NCBI GenBank assembly: GCA_963828735.1
Contig: CAWHFW010000004.1
Span: 160,001-224,000 of the forward strand
Reading direction: 5' to 3'
DNA: 64,000 nt
From: an uncultured Gemmatimonadales bacterium
GTDB taxonomy: Bacteria; Gemmatimonadota; Gemmatimonadetes; Gemmatimonadales; GWC2-71-9
The notes beneath the pieces were generated by a model. The model ran no database searches and was not told the DNA's origin. It saw only the letters and a program-made list of their open reading frames with translations. The position numbers were made by a program, and so were the translations under genes. This document shows, piece by piece, positions 10,312 through 19,519 of the stretch (position 1 is its first letter; every line of letters begins with the position of its first letter).

Positions 10312-11252
10312 CCGCGCGAACCGTTCTCAAGCGGACCGAGCCGCCGCTCGTCTGGATCGACATCGTGGCGCCTACCGCGGCGGAGCTGGAAGAGGTATCC
10401 AAGACCTACGGTCTCCAGCCGACCTCCGTCCTAGATTGCCTCGATCCCGAACATCTTCCCAAGTTCGAGCAGTTCGAGAACTACGCCTTCGTCATCATCC
10501 GGACCTTCGACCAGCAGGCCGAGGGAAGCTGCTCCACGGTGCAGGAGCTCACCCGCAAGGTGGCGATCTTCTCCGGCCAGTCGTTTCTCATCACCATCCA
10601 CCGCACGGAACAGGCATGGCTGAAGGCGCTGCAGGAGAAGTTCGAGGGGAACCAGGCCGGTCACGCGGGCAAAGAGGGGCTCCAGGCGTACGCCATCACA
10701 CAGGTGCTCAACGCAGCGGTGGACACCTACCTCAAGCCGATGGAATCGATCGAATCGAGGATCGACGCCTTCGAGGAGACCGTATTCGGCGGTCAGGACT
10801 CGGATAGCCGGGCCTTCTCGCAGGACCTGCGTGGCATTCACGTGCTCAAGCGTCAGGTGACGCTGATCAAGCGGCTGCTCTGGCGGACCCTCGACGTGGT
10901 GCAACGGATGACGCCCGCGAGCGGACGCGCGGCCACGCTGTTCCGGGACGTGCAGGAGAACGTCGAGAGCTACCACTTCTATGCCGACGAGCTGCTCGAC
11001 GACGCGAACACCATCCTCAATCTCCAGCTCGCGCTCGCCGCCCACCGGACCGGAGAGGTCATGCGGATCCTGACCGTCTTTTCCGTGTTCTTTCTCCCGC
11101 TCACCTTCCTCGTGGGCGTCTACGGCATGAACTTCGATTTCATGCCCGAGCTCCGCTCGCCCTGGGGTTATCCCGCCGTGCTGGCCGGGATGGGCGGGAT
11201 CGTTCTCGCGATCTATCTCTGGTTCCGCCGGCGCGGATGGCTTCGGGATTGA
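10308..11252 (+). CDS. corA: CorA-family divalent cation transporter
   Basis: Two C-terminal TM helices with GVYGMNF and MPEL signature. Confidence 0.9.
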   Translation: MTARTVLKRTEPPLVWIDIVAPTAAELEEVSKTYGLQPTSVLDCLDPEHLPKFEQFENYAFVIIRTFDQQAEGSCSTVQELTRKVAIFSGQSFLITIHRTEQAWLKALQEKFEGNQAGHAGKEGLQAYAITQVLNAAVDTYLKPMESIESRIDAFEETVFGGQDSDSRAFSQDLRGIHVLKRQVTLIKRLLWRTLDVVQRMTPASGRAATLFRDVQENVESYHFYADELLDDANTILNLQLALAAHRTGEVMRILTVFSVFFLPLTFLVGVYGMNFDFMPELRSPWGYPAVLAGMGGIVLAIYLWFRRRGWLRD

Positions 11253-12700
11253 GCCTCCTGCCGCTGATCGTCGCGACGCTCGCGGGCGCCGGTGCGGGGT
11301 GGGCCGTGGCCCGCCGCCGAGCGGGATTGGCAATCGCGCCGGTGGCCGGCCCCCATCTGCTGCCCGACCCGGCGCTGGAGTGGCTCCGCCGCGCGTACGG
11401 GGCGCTGGGTGTATGGGTGGCGGAAATCGATCCGCGGGAAGAAGGGCCGCATGCCGAGCGGATCGTGGATGCCGAGCGACTGTCGGTGACGCAGATCGTG
11501 GCGGTGGACCGCCGTCTCGAGCGCGCGCGCGACCAGGAGCAGAGCGGGGCGGAGCGCATGGATAGCGGCCTGCTCGTCTTCCACGCCGCCGGCGGCACCG
11601 CGGTGGCGCTGCTCCTGCCGACGGACTTCGACACGACGCGGCTCGACCTGGTGGAGACCGACCTCCGGCGGCTGCTCGAGGGCGCGCGCCGCAAGCCGCA
11701 GATCGTGGCCCTGGCACAGGCCCAGACGCAGGAGGCGTCGCTCGAGTCCGTGGGCAGCGTCGGCCTTCGGCTGGCCTACCAGCTCGAGCGATCGCTGGAC
11801 GCGCAGGTCATCGTCGCCGCGAAGGAGGTGGTGGGCGACTCTCCGCACGTCGGCTCCCTCGCGCCGCTGCCGCCCGTCCGCATCGTCGGCGTGTCCGGTC
11901 GCGGCGACCGGCGACTGCTCGACACCCTCGTGCCGGAGATCAGCGACATCGCGCGCGTCGCGCGCGGCGAGACCGGGCAGTTCATGATGGAGGGGGACCC
12001 CTTGGGCGGAGCGGTGCCGGACCGCCGCCAACGACCGGGTGCGGTGATGCTGCTCCCGATTCTCGTGGGCGACGAAGCCTTCGGTGCGGTGGCCATCTGG
12101 CCGCCCGGGGGCCGCGAGCCGATCGGCGGCGCGTTGGCGGAGCTGATGGAGGCGCTGGCGAATGCGGGACCGCGGCTCGCACGCGCGCTGGAAGCCGACA
12201 AGCGCGCGACGCATGCGGCGTCCGACGGCCTGACCGGCCTCGCCAACCGCCGCAGGTTCGACGATCTGATCGACCAGGCGGAGCCGCGCGGGCCGCGCGC
12301 CGGCGCATTGGTGTACGCGGACTTCGATGAGTTCAAGCTGCTCAACGACACGCTCGGCCACCCGGCGGGCGACGCCGCGCTGATTCACTTCGCCCGCATC
12401 ATTCAGAGTCAGATCCGCGGCGGCGATCTCGCGGCGCGGATCGGGGGTGAGGAATTCGCCGTGTGGCTTCCGAGAGCGGATCTCGATACCGGCGCGCGCA
12501 TCGCCGAGCGCATCCGGATCCGGCTGGGGACCACGCCCTGGGACTGGAATGGGCGGGTCTGGCCGCTCAGCGCCTCGTTCGGCGTGGCGGCCTGTCCCGA
12601 GACCGGTCCCACGCTCAAGGCGCTGCCGGCGCAGGCGGACGCGGCGTTGTACGTGGCGAAGAATTCGGGGAGAAATCGGGTCGAGCGGGCGGGGAGGTAG
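11237..12700 (+). CDS. Membrane-anchored diguanylate cyclase (GAF-like region + GGDEF)
   Basis: N-terminal TM; DGLTGLANRR, DFDEFKLLND, RIGGEEF, ADAALYVAK. Confidence 0.9.
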   Translation: MASGLSLLPLIVATLAGAGAGWAVARRRAGLAIAPVAGPHLLPDPALEWLRRAYGALGVWVAEIDPREEGPHAERIVDAERLSVTQIVAVDRRLERARDQEQSGAERMDSGLLVFHAAGGTAVALLLPTDFDTTRLDLVETDLRRLLEGARRKPQIVALAQAQTQEASLESVGSVGLRLAYQLERSLDAQVIVAAKEVVGDSPHVGSLAPLPPVRIVGVSGRGDRRLLDTLVPEISDIARVARGETGQFMMEGDPLGGAVPDRRQRPGAVMLLPILVGDEAFGAVAIWPPGGREPIGGALAELMEALANAGPRLARALEADKRATHAASDGLTGLANRRRFDDLIDQAEPRGPRAGALVYADFDEFKLLNDTLGHPAGDAALIHFARIIQSQIRGGDLAARIGGEEFAVWLPRADLDTGARIAERIRIRLGTTPWDWNGRVWPLSASFGVAACPETGPTLKALPAQADAALYVAKNSGRNRVERAGR

Positions 12701-12776
12701 GGTCAGATCGAGGTTTTTGACCCGGCCGCCATCGCTACCCATCCGTCCCCTGACTGTCTATATTTGAGGCACCTTC

Positions 12777-13139
12777 GGGGGCGACTGGCTTCGACGGGTT
12801 TGTAGAAGGAATTGCAGCGTGCCCAGGTCCAGAGTCCTGGTAAAACCGTCTGGAACGCTTTAACTGCCAACTCAAACCTGGCACTGGCCGCGTAAGCTGA
12901 GCTAGCTCGCTTGACGCGCCTTCGGCTAGAGGAGCCCGCCCGGAGCGCCTCCTGTCGAATCGCAAACCTGGGCTGGCCAGACGCGTTGCTCCGACGCGAA
13001 CGGTGAGATCAGCAAGGAGCTAGACCAAGGGCAGGTCGGTTCGGCACCGGCCCGAGGCGACGGCGAGAAGACGAACCTACGCACGTAGACGCGGTTCTGG
13101 ACGCTCACTCGGACCAGGGTTCGATTCCCTGCGCCTCCA
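12777..13139 (+). ncRNA. ssrA: tmRNA
   Basis: 5' GGGGGCGAC pairs with 3' CGCCTCCA; T-arm CAGGGTTCGATTCCCTG; tag ORF at 12866-12895 after TAACT encodes ANSNLALAA*; CCA not encoded. Confidence 0.95.
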
Positions 13140-13144
13140 TCACG

Positions 13145-13190
13145 CGAACACGGGGCCCGCGATATGCCGCGGGCCCCGTGTTCGTTTCTC
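13145..13190 (+). terminator. Rho-independent terminator after ssrA
   Basis: 17-bp perfect stem CGAACACGGGGCCCGCG / CGCGGGCCCCGTGTTCG followed by TTTCTC. Confidence 0.85.
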
Positions 13191-13237
13191 TGTCCCATAC
13201 TGCCGCTGACCCTGCTGGCACGCGGGTGCGAGCGAGC

Positions 13238-13852
13238 TCACTTCGTGGGCGGCGTTCGCTCCGCGCAGAAATACCCCTCCGCTCCGACCCCGGCCTTCGA
13301 TCCGCCACTCGCCCAGGTGCCCGCGAAGCCACCCGGCCCGAGGCTCCGCACCGTCAGCGCGAAGTAGCCGCCATCGTAGCGTACAACGCCCAGCCGGTTG
13401 GCGTCGGACCCGAGCCGCAACATGATCTCGGCGCCGGCATCCTCGTGCGCGGGATGGCGCTCGATGACCAGTACGCCAGGCGCCTCGGGATCATCGGTGG
13501 TGAGGTCTCCGGTCCGCACGCCGCCGAGCGCGGTCGGGTCGAGGTCGCTGGTGCCCGCGAGCGGATGGCTCGCCGTGGTGTCGCGCACCCCCAGGACCAC
13601 GACGGCGCGCGCGAGCGAATCCGCGAGCGGCGCGAGGCGAAGGCCGCTCTCGACCGACCGGCCCGCGCTCGCGCCCGACGTCGCGGTGAGGTGAACGCGG
13701 TATTCCCCCGCGAGACCGTCGGCGGTCGCCGTCCGGGGCAGGGAGCCGGTTGGCGGCCGGCACGGATCGGCGGCCGGCTGGGCTTCGGGCTTGGCCGAGT
13801 GGCAGCCCATCAACAGTGCGAGCATCGCGCTGGCCCCGCGCCAGGCCCTCAC
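13238..13852 (-). CDS. Hypothetical lipoprotein
   Basis: Lipobox LLMG-C; 4-nt overlap with upstream gene; globular-looking sequence. Confidence 0.65.
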   Translation of the reverse strand: MRAWRGASAMLALLMGCHSAKPEAQPAADPCRPPTGSLPRTATADGLAGEYRVHLTATSGASAGRSVESGLRLAPLADSLARAVVVLGVRDTTASHPLAGTSDLDPTALGGVRTGDLTTDDPEAPGVLVIERHPAHEDAGAEIMLRLGSDANRLGVVRYDGGYFALTVRSLGPGGFAGTWASGGSKAGVGAEGYFCAERTPPTK

Positions 13853-15324
13853 GGGCGGATGAGGTTGACGACGCGTCCGCCCTCATCCACGACCCGGAGC
13901 GGGAGGCGGAGCAGGTCGTTCTTCAGCTGCACCCGCGGTCCCCGCGGCGAGAACGCCCGGAGGCCCGGCGCGAGCGTGAAGGGATCGGCGCCCTCGAGGT
14001 TGACGGCGTAACCCAGGTCCGCCATCGAGGCGACGGAGACTCGGCTCAGCGCGTTGGTGCTGGCCTCCACGAAGCCGGTCATCAACTCGTTGCCGAACAC
14101 CGATTCACGCCAGTGCGCGTCGGCGGTGCCTTCGCCGCCCATGTCCTCGACCGGGACCTTCGCGCTCGCGATGTAGCCTGCGCCGCCGATGTCGTCGAAC
14201 GCCGCGATGCCCTGCGGACCGGTGAAGTGCGGGTCGATGCCTCCGGAGAGGGAGGGATCGGCGAGCAGGTTCAGGTCGCTCCAGATGGTGCCGAATCCGA
14301 GGACGTGTCCCATCTCGTGCAGGATGACCACCTGCAACAGGCCACCGCTCTCGAGCACGTCGAGATCGGCGGTGTCGAACTTCATGAGGCCCAGGACCGG
14401 AATGTGGGTGCCGTTGCGAATGAAGCAGGGACCCGCGGCGCCGAGCACGCTTCCGGCGCCGTCGATCGGCTCGAGCGTGATCAGGATCAGGACGTCGTCT
14501 ACCGTCTGGTTGAGGGCCGGCGAGTTCGTGCCGCACTGGCCGGCCGTGGCGGTGAGCTGCACGTTGGGGATGTCGCCGACGATTAGTCCCTGCCAGCGCT
14601 GCGCCGCCGCCACGAAGGCCTGCCGCTGGGCGGTCGTGGGCGTGGTGAGGAATTGGAGGTCGATCGAGAATGCCGAGACGCCGGTTTCGGTGAAGGTCGT
14701 GGTGAGGGGCGATCCCGCGACCGAGGCCGTGACGGAGATCGCGCCCGAGCCCAGCACGGTGAGCGACGTGGCCGCGCGTCCATCCGCGCCGGTCTGGCCG
14801 GTTGGCGTGCCGAGGGTGCCGAGCTGCGGCTCCGCCGAGAACGTGACCGTGGCGCCCGGGATGGGATGGCCGTTGCCGTCGTTCACCTGCACGGTGAGCG
14901 GGGTGGCTACCGCGGCGCCGATGTCGGCCGTCTGCTGATCGCCCGCGGCCTTCTGTAGCTGGGTGACCGTCTGAGTGACCGTGACGCTCACCGTGGCATT
15001 CACGGAGCCGGTGGTGGCAGTGATGTGCGCGGCGCCGCTGCCAGCGGCGGAAACCAAGCCCGTCCCCGTCACGGTGGCGACCGAGGCATTGTCACTCGAC
15101 CAATTGATCGAGGGCGACGAGATGGTCGCGCCGTCCTGGTCGGTGACCGTGGCGGTGAGTTGCTGGGTATCGCCGACCGCGTCGAGCGCGAAGTCGGGCG
15201 GGCTCACCGAGATGGCGCCCGGCACCGGGGTGTCCGTGGGGCCGCTCCCGCTGCAGGCGGCCACGAGGATGGCCGCGAGGAGGACGGGGGCACCGAGGCG
15301 GCGGCAGCGCGAGCGAGGCGGCAT
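13849..15324 (-). CDS. Lipoprotein with bacterial Ig-like domains and leishmanolysin-like zinc metallopeptidase
   Basis: Lipobox LVAA-C; WSSDNASVATV (Big_2); VLGAAGP, HEMGHVLG, AHWRE, ELMTG. Confidence 0.85.
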   Translation of the reverse strand: MPPRSRCRRLGAPVLLAAILVAACSGSGPTDTPVPGAISVSPPDFALDAVGDTQQLTATVTDQDGATISSPSINWSSDNASVATVTGTGLVSAAGSGAAHITATTGSVNATVSVTVTQTVTQLQKAAGDQQTADIGAAVATPLTVQVNDGNGHPIPGATVTFSAEPQLGTLGTPTGQTGADGRAATSLTVLGSGAISVTASVAGSPLTTTFTETGVSAFSIDLQFLTTPTTAQRQAFVAAAQRWQGLIVGDIPNVQLTATAGQCGTNSPALNQTVDDVLILITLEPIDGAGSVLGAAGPCFIRNGTHIPVLGLMKFDTADLDVLESGGLLQVVILHEMGHVLGFGTIWSDLNLLADPSLSGGIDPHFTGPQGIAAFDDIGGAGYIASAKVPVEDMGGEGTADAHWRESVFGNELMTGFVEASTNALSRVSVASMADLGYAVNLEGADPFTLAPGLRAFSPRGPRVQLKNDLLRLPLRVVDEGGRVVNLIRP

Positions 15325-15535
15325 GCGCGAAATACCGGGCTGAGGGGGCCGGCCATGAGGCGCTCGAGCACGAAGAGGTGCGCCGAGCGCGGACGGAAGC
15401 TAATCTATGGCGCGCGCGCCAATCCGCGTATCGTGCTGGCGCAGGACCGGGCGCCGCGACGCCTTGTTCAATGTTTGATCGTAAGTTCAACATAGCAACG
15501 CATTTATGCTCTGCGACGTCACCTGACCTCTTACT

Positions 15536-16801
15536 ATGGCCTCGACCGTGACCCCACCCGCCTCCGCGCTCGCTACCTCCCCGGTGCAGTCGACTCAAGA
15601 AATCCGCGGCCGGTTTCCGGCACTCGAGCGCCGGCACGGCGGCCACCCGGTCGCCTACTTCGATGGCCCCGGCGGCACGCAGGTCCCCAAGGTCGTCGCG
15701 GACGCGGTGGCCGACTATCTCCTGCATCACAACGCGAACACGCACTGGCGCTATCCCACGAGCGAGGAGACCGACCGTCTGATCGCCGGTGCGCGCGAGG
15801 CCATGGCGGACTTTCTCGGCGGCGCGCCGTCCGAAATCGTCTTCGGCGCCAACATGACGACCCTCACCTTCCACCTCGGCCGAGCGCTGGGGCGAGGCTG
15901 GGGGCCGGGCGACGAACTGATCGTCACCGAACTCGATCACCACGCCAACGTGGCGCCCTGGCGCGCCCTCGAGCGCGAGCGCGGCGTCACCGTGCGCAGC
16001 GTGCCCCTCGTGCCCGGCACCGGCGAGCTCGACTGGACGGCTCTCCAGGAAGCGCTTTCCGCCCGGACGCGCCTGCTCGCGATCGGCGCCGCGTCCAACG
16101 CCCTCGGCACCGTCAGCGACGTCGCTCGTGCCTGCGGCCTCGCGCGGGCCGTCGGCGCGCTCACCTTCGTGGACGCGGTCCACTCTGCCCCCCACGCGCT
16201 GGTGGACGTCCGCGCGATCGGCTGCGACTTCCTCGCCTGCTCGGCCTACAAGTTCTACGGGCCACACATCGGAATCCTGTACGGCCGGCGCGACCGGCTC
16301 GAGGCCCTCGATGCCCCGAAGCTTGCGCCCGCACCGGAGACCGCCCCCGAGCGGATGGAGACCGGCACCCTCGACCACGAAGGAATCGCGGGCGCCGGCG
16401 CGGCCGTCGACTTCCTGGCGTCGCTCGCCGCAGGCGGCAGCCGGCGTGAGCGCCTGCGGCGAGGGTTCGGAGAGCTCCATGCTCGCGGCCAAATTCTCCT
16501 GGAGCGCCTCTGGCAGGGCCTCGGCGAGATCCCCGGGGTCACGAGGTACGGTCCACCGCCCGGACGCCCCCGCACGCCGACGGTGAGCTTCACGCTGGCT
16601 GGCCGCACGAGCGACGAGGTGGCCACCGCGCTGGCGGCCGACGGTGTGTTCGTCTCCAACGGCGACTTCTACGCGACGACCGTGGTCGAGCGGCTGGGGC
16701 TGGGGGCCCAGGGCCTCGTGCGCGCGGGCTGCGCCTGCTACACGACGTCCGACGAGGTGGACCGTCTTGTGGAGGGCGTGAGCCGCCTCACGCCGGATTG
16801 A
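15536..16801 (+). CDS. Cysteine desulfurase-like class V PLP enzyme (VC1184-like subfamily)
   Basis: YFDGPGGTQVP, LDHHANVAPW, VDAVH, SAYKFYGPH, ETGT. Confidence 0.88.
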   Translation: MASTVTPPASALATSPVQSTQEIRGRFPALERRHGGHPVAYFDGPGGTQVPKVVADAVADYLLHHNANTHWRYPTSEETDRLIAGAREAMADFLGGAPSEIVFGANMTTLTFHLGRALGRGWGPGDELIVTELDHHANVAPWRALERERGVTVRSVPLVPGTGELDWTALQEALSARTRLLAIGAASNALGTVSDVARACGLARAVGALTFVDAVHSAPHALVDVRAIGCDFLACSAYKFYGPHIGILYGRRDRLEALDAPKLAPAPETAPERMETGTLDHEGIAGAGAAVDFLASLAAGGSRRERLRRGFGELHARGQILLERLWQGLGEIPGVTRYGPPPGRPRTPTVSFTLAGRTSDEVATALAADGVFVSNGDFYATTVVERLGLGAQGLVRAGCACYTTSDEVDRLVEGVSRLTPD

Positions 16802-17369
16802 TCGGGATCTTGACCCGCGTCTTTTCCCACTCGAGCAGGAGCGTGGCACCCTTGCCCGCGCCTTCGCTCCGGATGGTGAAGGTGTCGACCGCCTGCTTGA
16901 TGCGCTCGCTCTTCACCGTCCCACGACCCACCTCCTGCGCCTGCACCTCCGGCGTGTAGCTGTCCTCACGGCCCCACTGCTTGGTCGACCGGTTCACGAT
17001 GATCTCCCACTCGGTGGCGTTGGGCACGGAATAGAGTGAATACGTGCCCGGGGGCACCGGGATGCCGGCGACCGTGATGGCCACTGGCGTGAACAGGGTC
17101 GTGGGCTCGTTCGCGCCGGTTCGCCAGAGCTTGCCGTAAGGCACGGCCTCCCCTCCCAACATCACGCGTCCGCGCGAGGACGGCCGTCCGTAGCAGACCT
17201 TCACCGGCTGCTTGGCCACGCTGAACGTCAGCGAGTCGAGTGGGCTCTTCCGCCCCTCGGCCGGGACGTCGTTCGGGAGCAGGATCTGGCAGGCCGTGTC
17301 CGCCGTCTGGATCGGCATCGGCTGCGAGAACGCGGCGGCGGCAATCACGAGGCTGAGCGGCGTCATCAT
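16788..17369 (-). CDS. DUF2911-family exported protein
   Basis: YGRPSSRGR, VPYGKLWRTGANEPT, GTYSLYSVP, LEWE. Confidence 0.85.
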   Translation of the reverse strand: MMTPLSLVIAAAAFSQPMPIQTADTACQILLPNDVPAEGRKSPLDSLTFSVAKQPVKVCYGRPSSRGRVMLGGEAVPYGKLWRTGANEPTTLFTPVAITVAGIPVPPGTYSLYSVPNATEWEIIVNRSTKQWGREDSYTPEVQAQEVGRGTVKSERIKQAVDTFTIRSEGAGKGATLLLEWEKTRVKIPINPA

Positions 17370-18529
17370 ATGCTCCTGGAAGAGGCGGGGACGGCCGCCG
17401 GCGTCGCGGCGAGGGCCGCGTGGGCCTTGTGGGCGAGGGCGTAGGCCAGGTCGGCCGAATCGGCGATGCAGTTGAGGTGCCCCATCTTGCGGCCGGGCCG
17501 CGGCTCGGCCTTGCCATAGAGATGGAGGCGAACGCCCGGGAGCTTGAGCGCTTCCACCCAGCGAGGCTCGCCGGCCTGCCACAGGTCTCCGAGAAGGTTG
17601 ATCATGGTCACCGGCGAGAGCAGTCGCGGCTGGCCGAGCGGCAGGCCGCAAAGCGCGCGGAGCTGCTGCTCGAACTGGTCCACCGTGCACGCGTCCATCG
17701 TGAAGTGTCCGCTGTTGTGCGGGCGAGGGGCGGTCTCGTTCACGAACAGGCGGCCGCCGTTCGCGACGAAGAGCTCGACGCCCAGCACACCGGAATACTC
17801 CATCCGCTCGGCCACCCGGACCGCGAGGTCGCGCGCCTCGTCGGCGAGGCGGGCGGAGACGCGGGCGGGCACGACGGTGGTCTCGAGGATGCCGTCGCGG
17901 TGCCGGTTCTCGCCCACCGGGAACGCCTGGACCTCGCCGTCGGCCCCCCGCGCCAGCACGACCGAGAGCTCCGTCTCGAGCGCCAGCCGCTCCTCCAGCA
18001 CGCAGGGCACGCCGCCGAAGCGCTCGAATGCGGCCGACGCCGACGCCGGATCGGTGACCAGCGCCTGTCCCTTCCCGTCGTAGCCGAGCCGGCTGGTCTT
18101 GAGCAGGGCGGGCAGGCGAACGAACCCGAGCGCGTCATGGAGCTCGGCAGCGCTGGTGACGGGGCGAAACGGCGCCGTGGAAAAGGCCGCGCGTTGCAGA
18201 AAGGTCTTTTCGGCGATTCGGTCCTGGGCGACGGCCACCGCCTCGACGGGTGGCCTCACGATCGTGCCTGCCGAAAGTCGGTGCAGGGTGGCCGCGGGAA
18301 CGTTCTCGAACTCGGTCGTCACGGCCGCACAGCCGGCGGCCAATTCGTCGAGCGCCCGCTCGTCGTCGTAGGAGGCGCGCAGGTGGCGATCGGCGACGAG
18401 CCCCGCCGGGCTGCGCGCGTCCGGATCGAGCACGACCACGCGATACCCCATCGCCAGCGCCCGCAGCACGAACATCCGACCCAGCTGCCCACCACCTACC
18501 ACTCCGACCGTCGCGCCGGGCAGGATCAC
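17366..18529 (-). CDS. purK: N5-CAIR synthetase
   Basis: [46 protein letters not shown]. Confidence 0.95.
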   Translation of the reverse strand: MILPGATVGVVGGGQLGRMFVLRALAMGYRVVVLDPDARSPAGLVADRHLRASYDDERALDELAAGCAAVTTEFENVPAATLHRLSAGTIVRPPVEAVAVAQDRIAEKTFLQRAAFSTAPFRPVTSAAELHDALGFVRLPALLKTSRLGYDGKGQALVTDPASASAAFERFGGVPCVLEERLALETELSVVLARGADGEVQAFPVGENRHRDGILETTVVPARVSARLADEARDLAVRVAERMEYSGVLGVELFVANGGRLFVNETAPRPHNSGHFTMDACTVDQFEQQLRALCGLPLGQPRLLSPVTMINLLGDLWQAGEPRWVEALKLPGVRLHLYGKAEPRPGRKMGHLNCIADSADLAYALAHKAHAALAATPAAVPASSRSI

Positions 18530-19020
18530 GCCGACCCCGGGAGCTTGAGGGCCAGGACCCGCTCGGTCTGGGCGGCACGAAACGCGTCGAGGCGCCGGGC
18601 CAGCGCGGCATCGGCGCCCGCCAGGATCGCGACGGCGTAGAGCCCCGCATTGTGCGCGCCGGCCGCACCGATCGCGAAGGTCGCGACCGGCACCCCCGCC
18701 GGCATCTGGACGATGGAGAGCAGGGAATCGAGTCCCTGCAGGTGGGTCGACGTCACGGGCACGCCCAGCACCGGCAGTGTAGTCTTGGCGGCGAGCATAC
18801 CCGGCAGGTGGGCGGCGCCGCCCGCGCCCGCGATGATACACCGCAGCCCACGCCCGCGGGCCTCGGCGGCGTACTGGAAGAGCAGGTCCGGCGTCCGGTG
18901 CGCGCTGACGACGCGACACTCGTGAGGCACGTCGAACTCGGCCAGCCGGCGGCTCGCGTGCTGCATGACCTCCCAATCGGAGTCGCTGCCCATCACGATA
19001 CCCACGAGCGGTGCGGTCAT
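18526..19020 (-). CDS. purE: N5-CAIR mutase
   Basis: [29 protein letters not shown]. Confidence 0.96.
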   Translation of the reverse strand: MTAPLVGIVMGSDSDWEVMQHASRRLAEFDVPHECRVVSAHRTPDLLFQYAAEARGRGLRCIIAGAGGAAHLPGMLAAKTTLPVLGVPVTSTHLQGLDSLLSIVQMPAGVPVATFAIGAAGAHNAGLYAVAILAGADAALARRLDAFRAAQTERVLALKLPGSA

Positions 19021-19168
19021 AGCGTCCTCGACAGCGAGGTGGTCAGCCGTTCGGCAGGCAGGAATAAAGGACGTCCCCCTCGGCGAGAGCAAGCGTCCGG
19101 GTCAGCCGTCACAGTCGGGCGTCCGCCCGGGCTCTAGCTTGCGCGCGGATCATCCGTACGGAGGGGAA

Positions 19169-19519
19169 ATGAGGCAGCAGCAGGCGCGCGCGGCGCGGCG
19201 CGCACGGGTCGACGAGGACCTCACCGGCGCCGAGCGCCTGGTGCTGGCTATCCTCGATCATCGCATCGTTCATTTCAGATATCATGGGCACGATCGCACG
19301 GTCGAGCCTCATCTGCTCGGCCTGCACGACGCGGGCGAGTCGCTGCTGGTGGCCTACCAGACCGGCGGGGGCAGCCAGAATGGGCAGATTCCCGGCTGGC
19401 GGGCGTTCATCACGACGTCGGTGGAGGACGTGGTGATCGACGATCGTCACTTTCCCGGCCCGCGCGGCGATCTCGACGTCGAGAAGCACCGCATGCTCGA
19501 GGTCTTCGCGCGCGCCTAG
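19169..19519 (+). CDS. Stand-alone WYL-domain-like protein
   Basis: AILDHRIVHFRY...RTVEPHLLG...LVAYQ...GWRAF pattern; GGAGGGG RBS. Confidence 0.7.
   Translation: MRQQQARAARRARVDEDLTGAERLVLAILDHRIVHFRYHGHDRTVEPHLLGLHDAGESLLVAYQTGGGSQNGQIPGWRAFITTSVEDVVIDDRHFPGPRGDLDVEKHRMLEVFARA

Noticed and set aside
12777..17369. Genomic island integrated at the ssrA 3' end
   Set aside because: No integrase, no duplicated tmRNA 3' end seen, terminator intact, and composition looks like the rest of the window.
19021..19168. ZTP, PRPP or purine riboswitch upstream of purE
   Set aside because: I could not find the consensus elements of these families by eye; an Rfam scan would settle it.
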